Below, piece by piece: positions 1 through 7,320 of a stretch of 64,000 nucleotides of DNA; the first letter of the stretch is position 1; every line of letters begins with the position of its first letter. Position numbers and translations under genes: made by a program. The stretch is taken from the NCBI GenBank assembly GCA_030695725.1, contig JAUYPN010000014.1, positions 2,084 to 66,083 on the forward strand, written 5' to 3'. This DNA is from Candidatus Omnitrophota bacterium. GTDB taxonomy: Bacteria; Omnitrophota; Gorgyraeia; 2-01-FULL-45-10. The notes under the pieces are model-generated. The model made no database searches and was not told the origin of the DNA. It saw nothing but the letters and a program-made list of their open reading frames with translations.

Positions 1-1
1 G

Positions 2-1573
2 GAAGAATTATCAAATATTTATGAAAAAGCTTCCAGAAGAGCCGCAATGTTTATGTCGGCGTCGCGTGGAAATGAGTTTATTGATAGAGCATATAAAACA
101 TTGAATTTATCTGAGGCAAGCGAAGGGGATAGACAAGAATACGTAGATCAAATTGAAAAAACTAATACGCTAAGAGCCACAGTTAGGCAGTTCGTTAGTG
201 AAACAGCAAAAATGAGATTAGAAAAGCCACGCCAAGCTTTACAAGTAAGGGCAACGGATGTGATCGATGTTGGTCAAAAGGAAATGGCTGCAAGTCAATA
301 TTCTCCTCAAAATACTTACCTATGCCGATACTTACAATCTTTTGGGGCAGCAGATTGCGTTGTTTGCACCTTTTATCATCATAATTCTAGAAAAGGGGCG
401 ATGATACATATCGATGGAATGACTAATGTATTGGTTTCTATTCAAAACCTCTTAAATATATTGGATGTCCCCCCAGGTGATCTTGAAATTCGCTTGCTAG
501 GGGGTTATGACGTAGATTTTATCAGTCGTATTTTGGAAACATTTACCATATTAGGGATAAAACCAAAAATTTTAGAGTTAGAAATGAATGCATCTGGTAG
601 CAGTAAAGCCATAATATTAGATCTAATCAATGGTGAAACTTACGATATGATTGGAAGGCCTGTAGCAGCGACTCAAGATGATCTTTCGGTTTTACGCGCA
701 CAATTACCAGGTCCCGCGCATTTAATTCCATTAGGATTAGTTCGCCATGTATTACATGATGAAAAAGCGGCATCTTCATTTGAGGAAAAACGCCTATTCG
801 CAGAAAATACCGATGAAAAGAGATTGCTTACAAAGTCAGCCGAATATCTTGGAAATAGCCCAGTAAACGAACGCATAGACTTATCAGCGATACCCAAAGA
901 AGGATTGACAAAGGAACAGCAGGATGAGCAGCTTGAAAAGAATATGGAAACCCTTGCGCGTCAAATCGCATGGCATAATACCTTTGGTCTAAATATTCGG
1001 TATATACTTGAAAACGATACGCAGGATAAAAGAGCTCACGAAATATTGAAGAATAAAATAATAGAACTTGGCAAGATACCGGGGGTCAATGCTGAAGAAC
1101 TATTATCCCGAATAAATACTCCGCATACTGGAGAGAATGTAATAGAAGTTGTATTGCGAAGCATCGAAAACGTCAAGGCGATGCAACGGGTAGGAGATAG
1201 AGAATTTGTAGTTGCCCTCAAGGACGATTTTACGAAAGAAGGCGTATCTATCCCGAACTACACTGCGGCTTCAGCTATAGGCTTGTCGATAGCCTCGCTA
1301 CGAATAGCTAAAGAAAAAGAAGCCAAACCGGATGAATATAACAGGCTAAAGGATAAGGTCTTTAGAGTGATTAAATCCATATATGAGCGTTACAATATTG
1401 TTACAAAAGAAGACGGTTTTACGCTGGATGACCTAGAATTCATGGTAACCGGATGTCCTGAAAATAAGATATATTACGCGATCCTCTATGCCTTACCACC
1501 TATCGCAAAAGACCTCGTAGAACGAATAGGCAGATATCACGAAACACTGCATTTAATACTACAAGCTGCATAA
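2..1573 (+). CDS. 3' part of a larger ORF running off the left window edge; contains a CheD-like (glutamine deamidase fold) domain, remainder unknown
   Basis: The frame is stop-free from nt 2 (EELSNIYEKASRRAA precedes the ATG at 47), so the ATG is probably internal. Track residues ~95-200 read GAADCVVCTFYHHNSRKGAMIHIDG ... LEIRLLGG ... ILGIKPKILELEMNASGSSKAIILDLINGE. This is colinear with CheD signatures (GSCVAVC..KVGAMAHVMLP, LEAKIxGGA, FGIK...GG..ARSV.YN.ETG). Cys104-to-His121 spacing is 17 residues, as for the CheD catalytic Cys and His. Confidence 0.55.
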   Translation, partial: EELSNIYEKASRRAAMFMSASRGNEFIDRAYKTLNLSEASEGDRQEYVDQIEKTNTLRATVRQFVSETAKMRLEKPRQALQVRATDVIDVGQKEMAASQYSPQNTYLCRYLQSFGAADCVVCTFYHHNSRKGAMIHIDGMTNVLVSIQNLLNILDVPPGDLEIRLLGGYDVDFISRILETFTILGIKPKILELEMNASGSSKAIILDLINGETYDMIGRPVAATQDDLSVLRAQLPGPAHLIPLGLVRHVLHDEKAASSFEEKRLFAENTDEKRLLTKSAEYLGNSPVNERIDLSAIPKEGLTKEQQDEQLEKNMETLARQIAWHNTFGLNIRYILENDTQDKRAHEILKNKIIELGKIPGVNAEELLSRINTPHTGENVIEVVLRSIENVKAMQRVGDREFVVALKDDFTKEGVSIPNYTAASAIGLSIASLRIAKEKEAKPDEYNRLKDKVFRVIKSIYERYNIVTKEDGFTLDDLEFMVTGCPENKIYYAILYALPPIAKDLVERIGRYHETLHLILQAA

Positions 1574-1588
1574 TTTCGAAGAAAACCA

Positions 1589-1620
1589 CAAATGTCCGCC
1601 CTCCCGCACCCGGACATTTG
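1589..1620 (+). terminator. Perfect 10-bp hairpin immediately after the ORF stop (possible terminator, no U-tract)
   Basis: CAAATGTCCG (1589-1598) and CGGACATTTG (1611-1620) are exact reverse complements with a 12-nt loop, 16 nt after the stop at 1573. Confidence 0.4.
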
Positions 1621-1714
1621 CATCTATTGACAGTTAAAAGAGTTACGTATTTTTTACCCTAAAAAGACAGGACATTTCGGACATTCTTGCAGCACAATTG
1701 TCTGTCCGGACATC
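1591..1714. repeat. Cluster of GGACAT(T/C) heptamers (iteron-like)
   Basis: GGACATT at 1612, 1670 and 1679. GGACATC at 1708. Inverted AATGTCC at 1591. GTCCGGAC palindrome at 1705-1712. Confidence 0.4.
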
Positions 1715-2166
1715 GTGTCAACCACCTCTCTGATCTACACAATCTTCCCAATATTCAGCGATATTGCTGTATAATAAGGACGTGTTCAATGTAGAGATAT
1801 AGTTATTGCCTATACCTGCACGGGGAGCCAGTTTACAAATTACAGCGCACCGGAATTCGTCATTGCGCTGTAATGAAATACAGGAAAAGGGAGCTAAGCA
1901 GACGTCCTATTTAGGTACACCCTACTAACCCTTTCAATTCAAAAAACAGCAAAATAAATATTTTCAAAAATAATTGCAAGAATTTAGCCTCTTTTTCCGT
2001 CTTATATAGTACAGGGTATTGTAAGCCTTATATAAAGCGTAAAAGGAGATTTTATTATGCCTACCACAGAAACGGGACAACGCAAGAAGCTGTTGTAACT
2101 GATCGTATTGATGAGTACTTAACAATATATAGATCGGCTGAATCAGATGAGCCAATCGGGTTTAAG

Positions 2167-2373
2167 ATGAAAGATGTGCATGCGTTGATAGAAAAATATG
2201 GCTATGATACGATAGCTGTCCAAGCCGCTGTGACAGGCAAGAAGTTAGTGTTCGTTGTTGCTTTATTATTGTCGGCTTTTAGAGATTTGACACCTTTTAT
2301 AAATAGAACGCAGGGATATACAACGGCTTTAAATGTAGCTCCCAAATCCGATGGGGTGCTAATACCCTGCTAA
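2167..2373 (+). CDS. Small hypothetical protein (68 aa from the ATG; the frame is open further upstream without a canonical start)
   Basis: Track ORF followed by a good intrinsic terminator. The same frame reads on upstream as ...QEAVVTDRIDEYLTIYRSAESDEPIGFK. A 13-codon mini-ORF with a strong AAGGAG RBS (ATG 2057) lies in another frame, so this may be a frameshifted gene. Confidence 0.3.
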   Translation: MKDVHALIEKYGYDTIAVQAAVTGKKLVFVVALLLSAFRDLTPFINRTQGYTTALNVAPKSDGVLIPC

Positions 2374-2400
2374 TATAAAAGAAATGAGATGTGTTGTATA

Positions 2401-2432
2401 AAACCAAACACCTAAAAAGGTTTGGTTTTTTG
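2401..2432 (+). terminator. Rho-independent terminator
   Basis: AAACCAAAC / GTTTGGTTT stem with a 10-nt loop, followed by a T-run (gtttggttttttg). Confidence 0.7.
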
Positions 2433-2613
2433 TTTACTAAAGCACTAAATTAGCCTCTTCAAACAACACTTTTATAATACTTAGGTCAATTTCAAGGTCA
2501 AATCAATATCCCTGTTGCGGAATGCGTCATATACGGGGAGCCAAAATTAGTATAATCCTCTGTAAGTGCAAAAATAAGCGCTACAGCTTCTTATCTATGC
2601 TATAATTATCAAC

Positions 2614-3771
2614 GTGAAAATCTCGCATAATAAAAGATTGCTTTTTATCACGGCTCTTCTTGGCCTGTTTTTATTTTCCTTCTCTTCGCTATCCTTTGGC
2701 GGCGATCAGGCTGAATTTCATCCGGCAAAAGTGAAAGATATTTCCGACAGGAAATATGAACCTGCGGTGATAGAATTGCTGGATAACGCCAAGGAATCGA
2801 TCGTTATCTCCATGTATATAATTCAGGCAGATGAAAAAAGCCCGGTGCAATTACTCATAAAGGATCTGGAAGAGGCGCTTGACAGAGGCGTTTCGGTGGA
2901 TATATATCTGAATACGCGGTTTCAGGAAGGACGGGCTCTTGACGTAGACAAAAACGAGGCCTTTAATACTTTACGGAATAAAGGCGGGAGGATATTTGGC
3001 GTTACCCCTTCCGTTCGTATGCACGACAAGCTCATTATAGTGGATAATCGCTACGTGGTAATAGGAAGCGCCAATTGGAGCATATCGAGCCTGAAGAGTA
3101 ACTATGAAGATGTGACGCTGATAGATTCGCCGGAACTTGCCAAAGACATGTTTATCCGTGTCAGGCGGCATACCCTGAAGGGTGACGAACCGAATAAACC
3201 GGAAAAGGACCGCAAAATAAGAAGGTCTGTAATTTTGAGCGACGATAGCATTGTAGCTTTTGACGACGATCTGTTGACAGATAAAACATTATTCCCGCGC
3301 ATGATGACCGAGCGGGACGCGCGAGCTATGGACACCTATCTTTTGCTTAAAGCATATGCTTTCGAACAGGAGACAGGCGAATATTTTCTCTTTTTGGAGC
3401 AATTGGCTGTGGATCTGGGCATGCCGGCCGACTGGAGCGACTCAGCCTTAAGGCGGCAGGCGATAAAGGCATTGATTAAACTTAAAAACAGGTATAAATT
3501 AATCGATGTCAATTTTAAACACGGGAAAGACGCATGGATAACGCTCAGGGATCTTTCCGCGAACAATTTTGTCTTTAAAGGCAAGTTTTTAAATCCTGAA
3601 TATCTGTCGAAATTCAGCCAGTCAGCTAAATTCGTACTTTTCATAAAGGCATTGCTTGAGAAAGAAGGCGCGACATTTGATTCATTCACGCAGGAAGCGC
3701 TATGCAAGAGATTTAATATCAATAGAAAGACATTTAAAAAAGGCCTTGAGGAAATATTAAGAATTTTTTAG
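2614..3771 (+). CDS. Secreted phospholipase D-like / Nuc-family protein (single HKD motif) with a ~190-aa C-terminal extension of unknown function
   Basis: HDKLIIVDNRYVVIGSANWS matches HxK(x)4D(x)6GSxN. The N-terminus KRLLFITALLGLFLFSFSSLSFG looks like a Sec signal peptide. GTG start. Confidence 0.8.
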   Translation: MKISHNKRLLFITALLGLFLFSFSSLSFGGDQAEFHPAKVKDISDRKYEPAVIELLDNAKESIVISMYIIQADEKSPVQLLIKDLEEALDRGVSVDIYLNTRFQEGRALDVDKNEAFNTLRNKGGRIFGVTPSVRMHDKLIIVDNRYVVIGSANWSISSLKSNYEDVTLIDSPELAKDMFIRVRRHTLKGDEPNKPEKDRKIRRSVILSDDSIVAFDDDLLTDKTLFPRMMTERDARAMDTYLLLKAYAFEQETGEYFLFLEQLAVDLGMPADWSDSALRRQAIKALIKLKNRYKLIDVNFKHGKDAWITLRDLSANNFVFKGKFLNPEYLSKFSQSAKFVLFIKALLEKEGATFDSFTQEALCKRFNINRKTFKKGLEEILRIF

Positions 3772-3804
3772 CCTTTGCAAGGATTGTGTCACCCCCGGTG
3801 GCAC

Positions 3805-3829
3805 AAAAGATATTCTAATCAAGTTAGAA
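3805..3829. repeat. Left copy of a 25-bp direct repeat flanking the DUF1016 cassette
   Basis: AAAAGATATTCTAATCAAGTTAGAA. It contains the inverted repeat TTCTAA-N5-TTAGAA. It matches 5084-5108 with one mismatch. Confidence 0.85.
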
Positions 3830-3972
3830 CGGGTACATAACAATATGAGCTACGATGAGTTACGAAATAAACGTGCCCAGAGATATTTCATCTGTAGCAT
3901 TTAATATCTTAATGAGTTGCGTAAAGCGTCTGCAAACACATATGTGGAAAGCCAAATACAGGAGGTAGTTTT

Positions 3973-5085
3973 GTGAAAAGCAAACCGAAGAAACGGATAG
4001 CACTTTTAAAACAAAATCTTTCAGTAGACAAAACCTCGGGAAAATTATTTAACGATATCCGTTCTATGATAGATGCGATGCGCAATCAGGTGTCCCGCGT
4101 TGTAAACACAGGGCTTACGATGTTGTATTGGCACATTGGCGATAGAATACGAAAAGACATGCTGGGGCAGGAACGCGCGCAATACGGCGAAAAGATTGTT
4201 GCGACGTTGTCGCAACAATTAACAGTCGCATATGGCAAAGGATACACAAGAACGGCATTATCCCGCATGATTAACTTTGCGGAGAAATATCCAAAAAAAG
4301 AGATTGTTGCGATGCTATCGCAACAATTGGGGTGGAGCCACTTTGTTGAGCTTATACCCATAAAAGATAAATTGAAATGTGATTTTTACGCGGAAATGTG
4401 CAGGATAGAGCGATGGAGCGTCGAAACATTACGGAAAAAGATTAGCGGAATGCTTTTTGAGCGTACAGCGCTTTCAAAAAAGCCTAGAAAGCTTGCGGAA
4501 ATTGAAATCAAGGCGCTAAAGAACGAAGATTATATGACGCCTGATATAGCTTTTCGTGATCCATATTTTTTAGATTTCCTTGGATTGAAGGATACCTTCA
4601 GCGAAAGAGATTTAGAATCCGCGATAATAAAAGAGTTAGAGCGTTTTTTAGTTGAAATAGGCACGGATTTTTCTTTCATTGCAAGACAAAAGAGGATAAT
4701 AGTAGACGGGGAAGATTTTTATATTGATTTATTATTTTATCACAGAAGGCTGCGCTGTCTTGTGGCCATAGAATTAAAGATGGATAAATTCCGCCCGCAG
4801 GACAAAGGGCAAATAGAGCTATATTTAAGATGGCTTGAAAAATACGAGATGAGGCCCGGAGAAAATAAGCCAATAGGGCTTGTTCTTTGCGCCGCCAAAA
4901 AACATGAACAAATAGAGCTCTTGGAATTGGACAAAAGCGGAATACGAGTATCTGAATATTGGACGGTACTTCCTCCAAGGAATATTTTTAAGAAAAAACT
5001 GCATGAGATGGTAGAATTAGGAAGAAAATTATACGAGAGCCGAAATAATAGTGGCATAAAATGTGCAAACAAAAGCTTGAACTAA
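3973..5085 (+). CDS. DUF1016 / YhcG-family PD-(D/E)xK nuclease
   Basis: N-terminal helical region (MLYWHIGDRI, GWSHFVELI) and a C-terminal restriction-endonuclease-like core (GEDFYIDLLFYHRRLRCLVAIELK). AGGAGG lies 7 nt upstream of the GTG start. Confidence 0.85.
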   Translation: MKSKPKKRIALLKQNLSVDKTSGKLFNDIRSMIDAMRNQVSRVVNTGLTMLYWHIGDRIRKDMLGQERAQYGEKIVATLSQQLTVAYGKGYTRTALSRMINFAEKYPKKEIVAMLSQQLGWSHFVELIPIKDKLKCDFYAEMCRIERWSVETLRKKISGMLFERTALSKKPRKLAEIEIKALKNEDYMTPDIAFRDPYFLDFLGLKDTFSERDLESAIIKELERFLVEIGTDFSFIARQKRIIVDGEDFYIDLLFYHRRLRCLVAIELKMDKFRPQDKGQIELYLRWLEKYEMRPGENKPIGLVLCAAKKHEQIELLELDKSGIRVSEYWTVLPPRNIFKKKLHEMVELGRKLYESRNNSGIKCANKSLN

Positions 5086-5108
5086 AAGATATTCTAATCA
5101 GGTTAGAA
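5084..5108. repeat. Right copy of the 25-bp direct repeat (overlaps the DUF1016 stop codon)
   Basis: AAAAGATATTCTAATCAGGTTAGAA followed by ttgtttttt. The hairpin plus T-run resembles a weak terminator. Confidence 0.85.
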
Positions 5109-5131
5109 TTGTTTTTTAAGATAGGGTAAAA

Positions 5132-5671
5132 ATGGATGTAAAAATCAATTACAGCAATAAGCGCTCGCGCACGGTCAGCGCGCGCTTGATTGACGGAAAC
5201 TTACTGGTCAATGCGCCCGCAGGCCTGCCGCGCGAGCGCCTCGAGAAGATCATAGATAATTTTAAAGTAAGGTTCCAGCGAAGAAAATTAAAGAAAGAAT
5301 TGAATAAAGAACGGCCGCTCATCGAGATCGCCGCTAAACTTAATAATAAGTATTTCAATGGCAAATTAAAAATTAATTCAGTAGAATACTCTACCGGCCA
5401 GAATAGCATATTTGGATGCTGTAATTGTCGAGACGCGAACATACGCATATCGCACAGGTTAAGCCGGATGCCGGAGTGGGTACGGGACTGTGTCATAATT
5501 CATGAGATGGCGCACCTTATAGAGCCGAATCACGGGCCCGCGTTTTGGAATATTGTTTCCCGCTACGAACTGGCCGAGAGGGCAAAAGGATACCTCATGG
5601 CGGTCGGACTTGATAGCGAGAACGAGCAGGATCTCGAATTTCCGCAGCACAATACTAATCAGAAAACATGA
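5132..5671 (+). CDS. YgjP-like (DUF45, M48-related) metal-dependent hydrolase
   Basis: The zincin motif in VIIHEMAHLIEPNHGPAFW is the typical DUF45 signature HExxHLxExNH..FW. Confidence 0.8.
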   Translation: MDVKINYSNKRSRTVSARLIDGNLLVNAPAGLPRERLEKIIDNFKVRFQRRKLKKELNKERPLIEIAAKLNNKYFNGKLKINSVEYSTGQNSIFGCCNCRDANIRISHRLSRMPEWVRDCVIIHEMAHLIEPNHGPAFWNIVSRYELAERAKGYLMAVGLDSENEQDLEFPQHNTNQKT

Positions 5672-5822
5672 CTGAAGATATAAAAGAACTATTGCAAAAG
5701 ATATGCGCGCGCGAAACAGCATCCTATCCCGTGATAGAGATGGCCATCTCCGCCGCTTACAATAAAAAATGTTGCGGGGGGTCTTTATTTGGAGTAAAAT
5801 AAAACGCAAAAGGAGGTGTTTT

Positions 5823-6101
5823 ATGGCGAAGTTTTTTATGTACGGAAAGTATTCACCGGAAGCGATAAAAGGCATCTCGGCCGAAAGGACGAAGAAGGCT
5901 CTTGATGTGATAGCAGAATCCGGAGGTAAAGTAAATTCAATGTACGCGCTTCTGGGCAAATACGATATCGTGCTGATAGCGGATTTTCCGGCTGTCGCGG
6001 ACGTTATGAAAGCGTCCATTGCGTTAAACAAGCTGACCGGTATAGCTTTTACCAGCTTCCCCGCGATCACTGTCGAGGAATTTGACAAGATCACCGCGTA
6101 A
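5823..6101 (+). CDS. GYD domain protein
   Basis: MAKFFMYGKYSPEAIKGISAERTKKA...GKYDIVLIADFP. AAAGGAGG RBS lies before the ATG at 5823, so the track start at 5769 is rejected. Confidence 0.75.
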   Translation: MAKFFMYGKYSPEAIKGISAERTKKALDVIAESGGKVNSMYALLGKYDIVLIADFPAVADVMKASIALNKLTGIAFTSFPAITVEEFDKITA

Positions 6102-6143
6102 GCTCTCCTCGCGGAAGCGTCGATAAAGGATCAGAATTATTTA

Positions 6144-6887
6144 ATGCGCTCTCTTACTAAGCACGGAAGATACATAAATTCGCGCATAGGCAAAGCTATT
6201 GATGCGTACGACCTCATAAACAACGGCGATAAGATCCTTGTCGCCGTCTCGGGCGGCAAGGACAGCACAACGCTCCTCTCGCTATTGAAAGAGAGGCTCA
6301 GATGGATCCCCGTCAAGTATGAACTTATAGCCTGCCATGTAAAGACAGACTTTCACTGCGGAAGCTGCGCCCACACGAAGACGCTTACGAAATTCTTTAA
6401 GAAGCTTGGCGTAAAATATGTCTTTAAAGATGTAAAAGTCCTGGATACGAAAGGCAAGACTAATTGTTTCTGGTGTTCCTGGAATAAGCGTAAAGCCCTG
6501 TTCGAGACGGCGGACGAATTTAAGTGCGATAAGATAGCGTTCGGACATCATAAGGACGATATAGTAGAGACGGTCCTTATGAATATGATCTATAAAGGCG
6601 AGACCGCGGCCATGAATCCGAAGCAGGAGCTCTTTAAGGGCAAGATCGTCATCATTCGCCCGCTATGTCTTGTCGAAGAAAAATTCATACGTTTATACGC
6701 CAAAGAGAACGCCCTGACCGATAAGTTATGCGCCTGCCCTTTTGGCGCGGATTCCAAAAGAAAATATGTGAAGAAGTTGATAAAAGATATAGCGAAAGAT
6801 TCGCCCGATATAAATGTCAGGACGAACATCTTTAATAGTATCGCCAGGGTGAAGGGCGACTATGTGAAACTGGAGAGCATTTCATAA
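6144..6887 (+). CDS. ttcA: PP-loop ATPase, TtcA-like tRNA 2-thiolation protein
   Basis: SGGKDS PP-loop, CFWCSWNKR Cys motif and GHHKDDIVETVLMN. Confidence 0.75.
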   Translation: MRSLTKHGRYINSRIGKAIDAYDLINNGDKILVAVSGGKDSTTLLSLLKERLRWIPVKYELIACHVKTDFHCGSCAHTKTLTKFFKKLGVKYVFKDVKVLDTKGKTNCFWCSWNKRKALFETADEFKCDKIAFGHHKDDIVETVLMNMIYKGETAAMNPKQELFKGKIVIIRPLCLVEEKFIRLYAKENALTDKLCACPFGADSKRKYVKKLIKDIAKDSPDINVRTNIFNSIARVKGDYVKLESIS

Positions 6888-6995
6888 TAAAAAGGGAGTG
6901 ACGATTTTGCTTGCTTTTTTTCGATCCGTAAGGTACTATACACCGTAGTGTATGCCAATGGGGAACGTCCCCTAAGGGCTAATGAAGGAGGAAGC

Positions 6996-7169
6996 ATGGG
7001 GTTTAATAGTGGTGGTGGTGGTGGTGGATTTGGCGGGAGGCCGCGTGAAATGCACAAGGCTGTCTGCGCGGAGTGTAAAAAAGAGTGTGATGTTCCTTTC
7101 AAGCCGAGCGGAGATCGTCCGGTATATTGCAAGGATTGTTTCTCAAAGCGGAAAGATAGCGGCCGCTAA
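6996..7169 (+). CDS. Small Gly-rich CxxC-x17-CxxC zinc-ribbon protein
   Basis: MGFNSGGGGGGFGG...CAECKKECDVPFKPSGDRPVYCKDC. GAAGGAGG RBS precedes the ATG at 6996. Confidence 0.7.
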   Translation: MGFNSGGGGGGFGGRPREMHKAVCAECKKECDVPFKPSGDRPVYCKDCFSKRKDSGR

Positions 7170-7200
7170 GATAAGTTAGCTTACAAGCGGCTTATAATAT

Positions 7201-7258
7201 AAAACCCCCACTGCTTTGTTTTGCCAACGCAAATCAAAGCAAAACAGTGGGGGTTTTT
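7201..7258 (+). terminator. Strong Rho-independent terminator
   Basis: AAAACCCCCACTG ... CAGTGGGGGTTTTT outer stem with inner partial pairing, then a T-run. Confidence 0.8.
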
Positions 7259-7320
7259 ATTGCATAGCCCTTCCGTTTGTTATAGAATGGGGGCGCAGTA
7301 AACTAAAGCGAGGATATGCC

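Noticed and set aside
1820-2543. Repeated short motifs in the 1 kb gap: ACGGGGAGCCA at 1820 and 2533, and TTAGCCTCTT at about 1984 and 2450.
   Set aside because: Exact 10-11-mers recur by chance at appreciable frequency. The surrounding sequence does not align convincingly, so I cannot support a duplicated element.
3805-5108. Interpreting the DUF1016 cassette as an integron gene cassette with an attC site.
   Set aside because: The repeat is only 25 bp with a 6-bp stem. It lacks the length and R'-L'/L''-R'' organisation of attC, and no intI or attI is in the window. It is retained only as a generic insertion or duplication signature.
5459-6094. Long antisense or alternate-frame track ORFs nested in well-supported + strand genes. 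Examples: 5459-6094(-), 10809-11387(-), 12127-12687(-), 14415-14900(-), 18828-19427(-), 20677-21150(-), 29561-30349(-), 30021-30716(-), 40286-40888(-), 55156-55749(-), 57121-57756(-), 61077-61901(-), 63094-63819(-).
   Set aside because: Each lies fully inside or across a + strand CDS with clear family motifs. Their translations are low-complexity with no recognisable motifs, so they are typical shadow ORFs.
6888-6995. Two small hairpins (ATACAC-cgta-GTGTAT and GGGGA-acg-TCCCC) in the 108-nt leader of the CxxC zinc-ribbon gene as a cold-shock-type regulatory 5' UTR or riboswitch.
   Set aside because: The stems are short and I recognise no known riboswitch consensus. This is plausible, but I cannot support it from sequence alone.
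7009-7027. The (GGT)n trinucleotide run encoding the Gly stretch of the CxxC protein as a phase-variable microsatellite, together with the alternate-frame ORF 6982-7179.
   Set aside because: There are only about five to six units and length changes would stay in frame. The alternate-frame ORF (VVVVV...) is a by-product of the repeat.
7216-7320. Extended track starts: 7216 for the cyclophilin, 8407 for the hydrolase fragment, 18040 for the MFS, 45550 for Hcp, 5769 for GYD, 55873 for the secreted protein and 60498 for DUF2934.
   Set aside because: The extensions run through terminator hairpins or the 3' ends of upstream genes and lack RBSs. Internal ATGs with good RBSs give family-typical N-termini.
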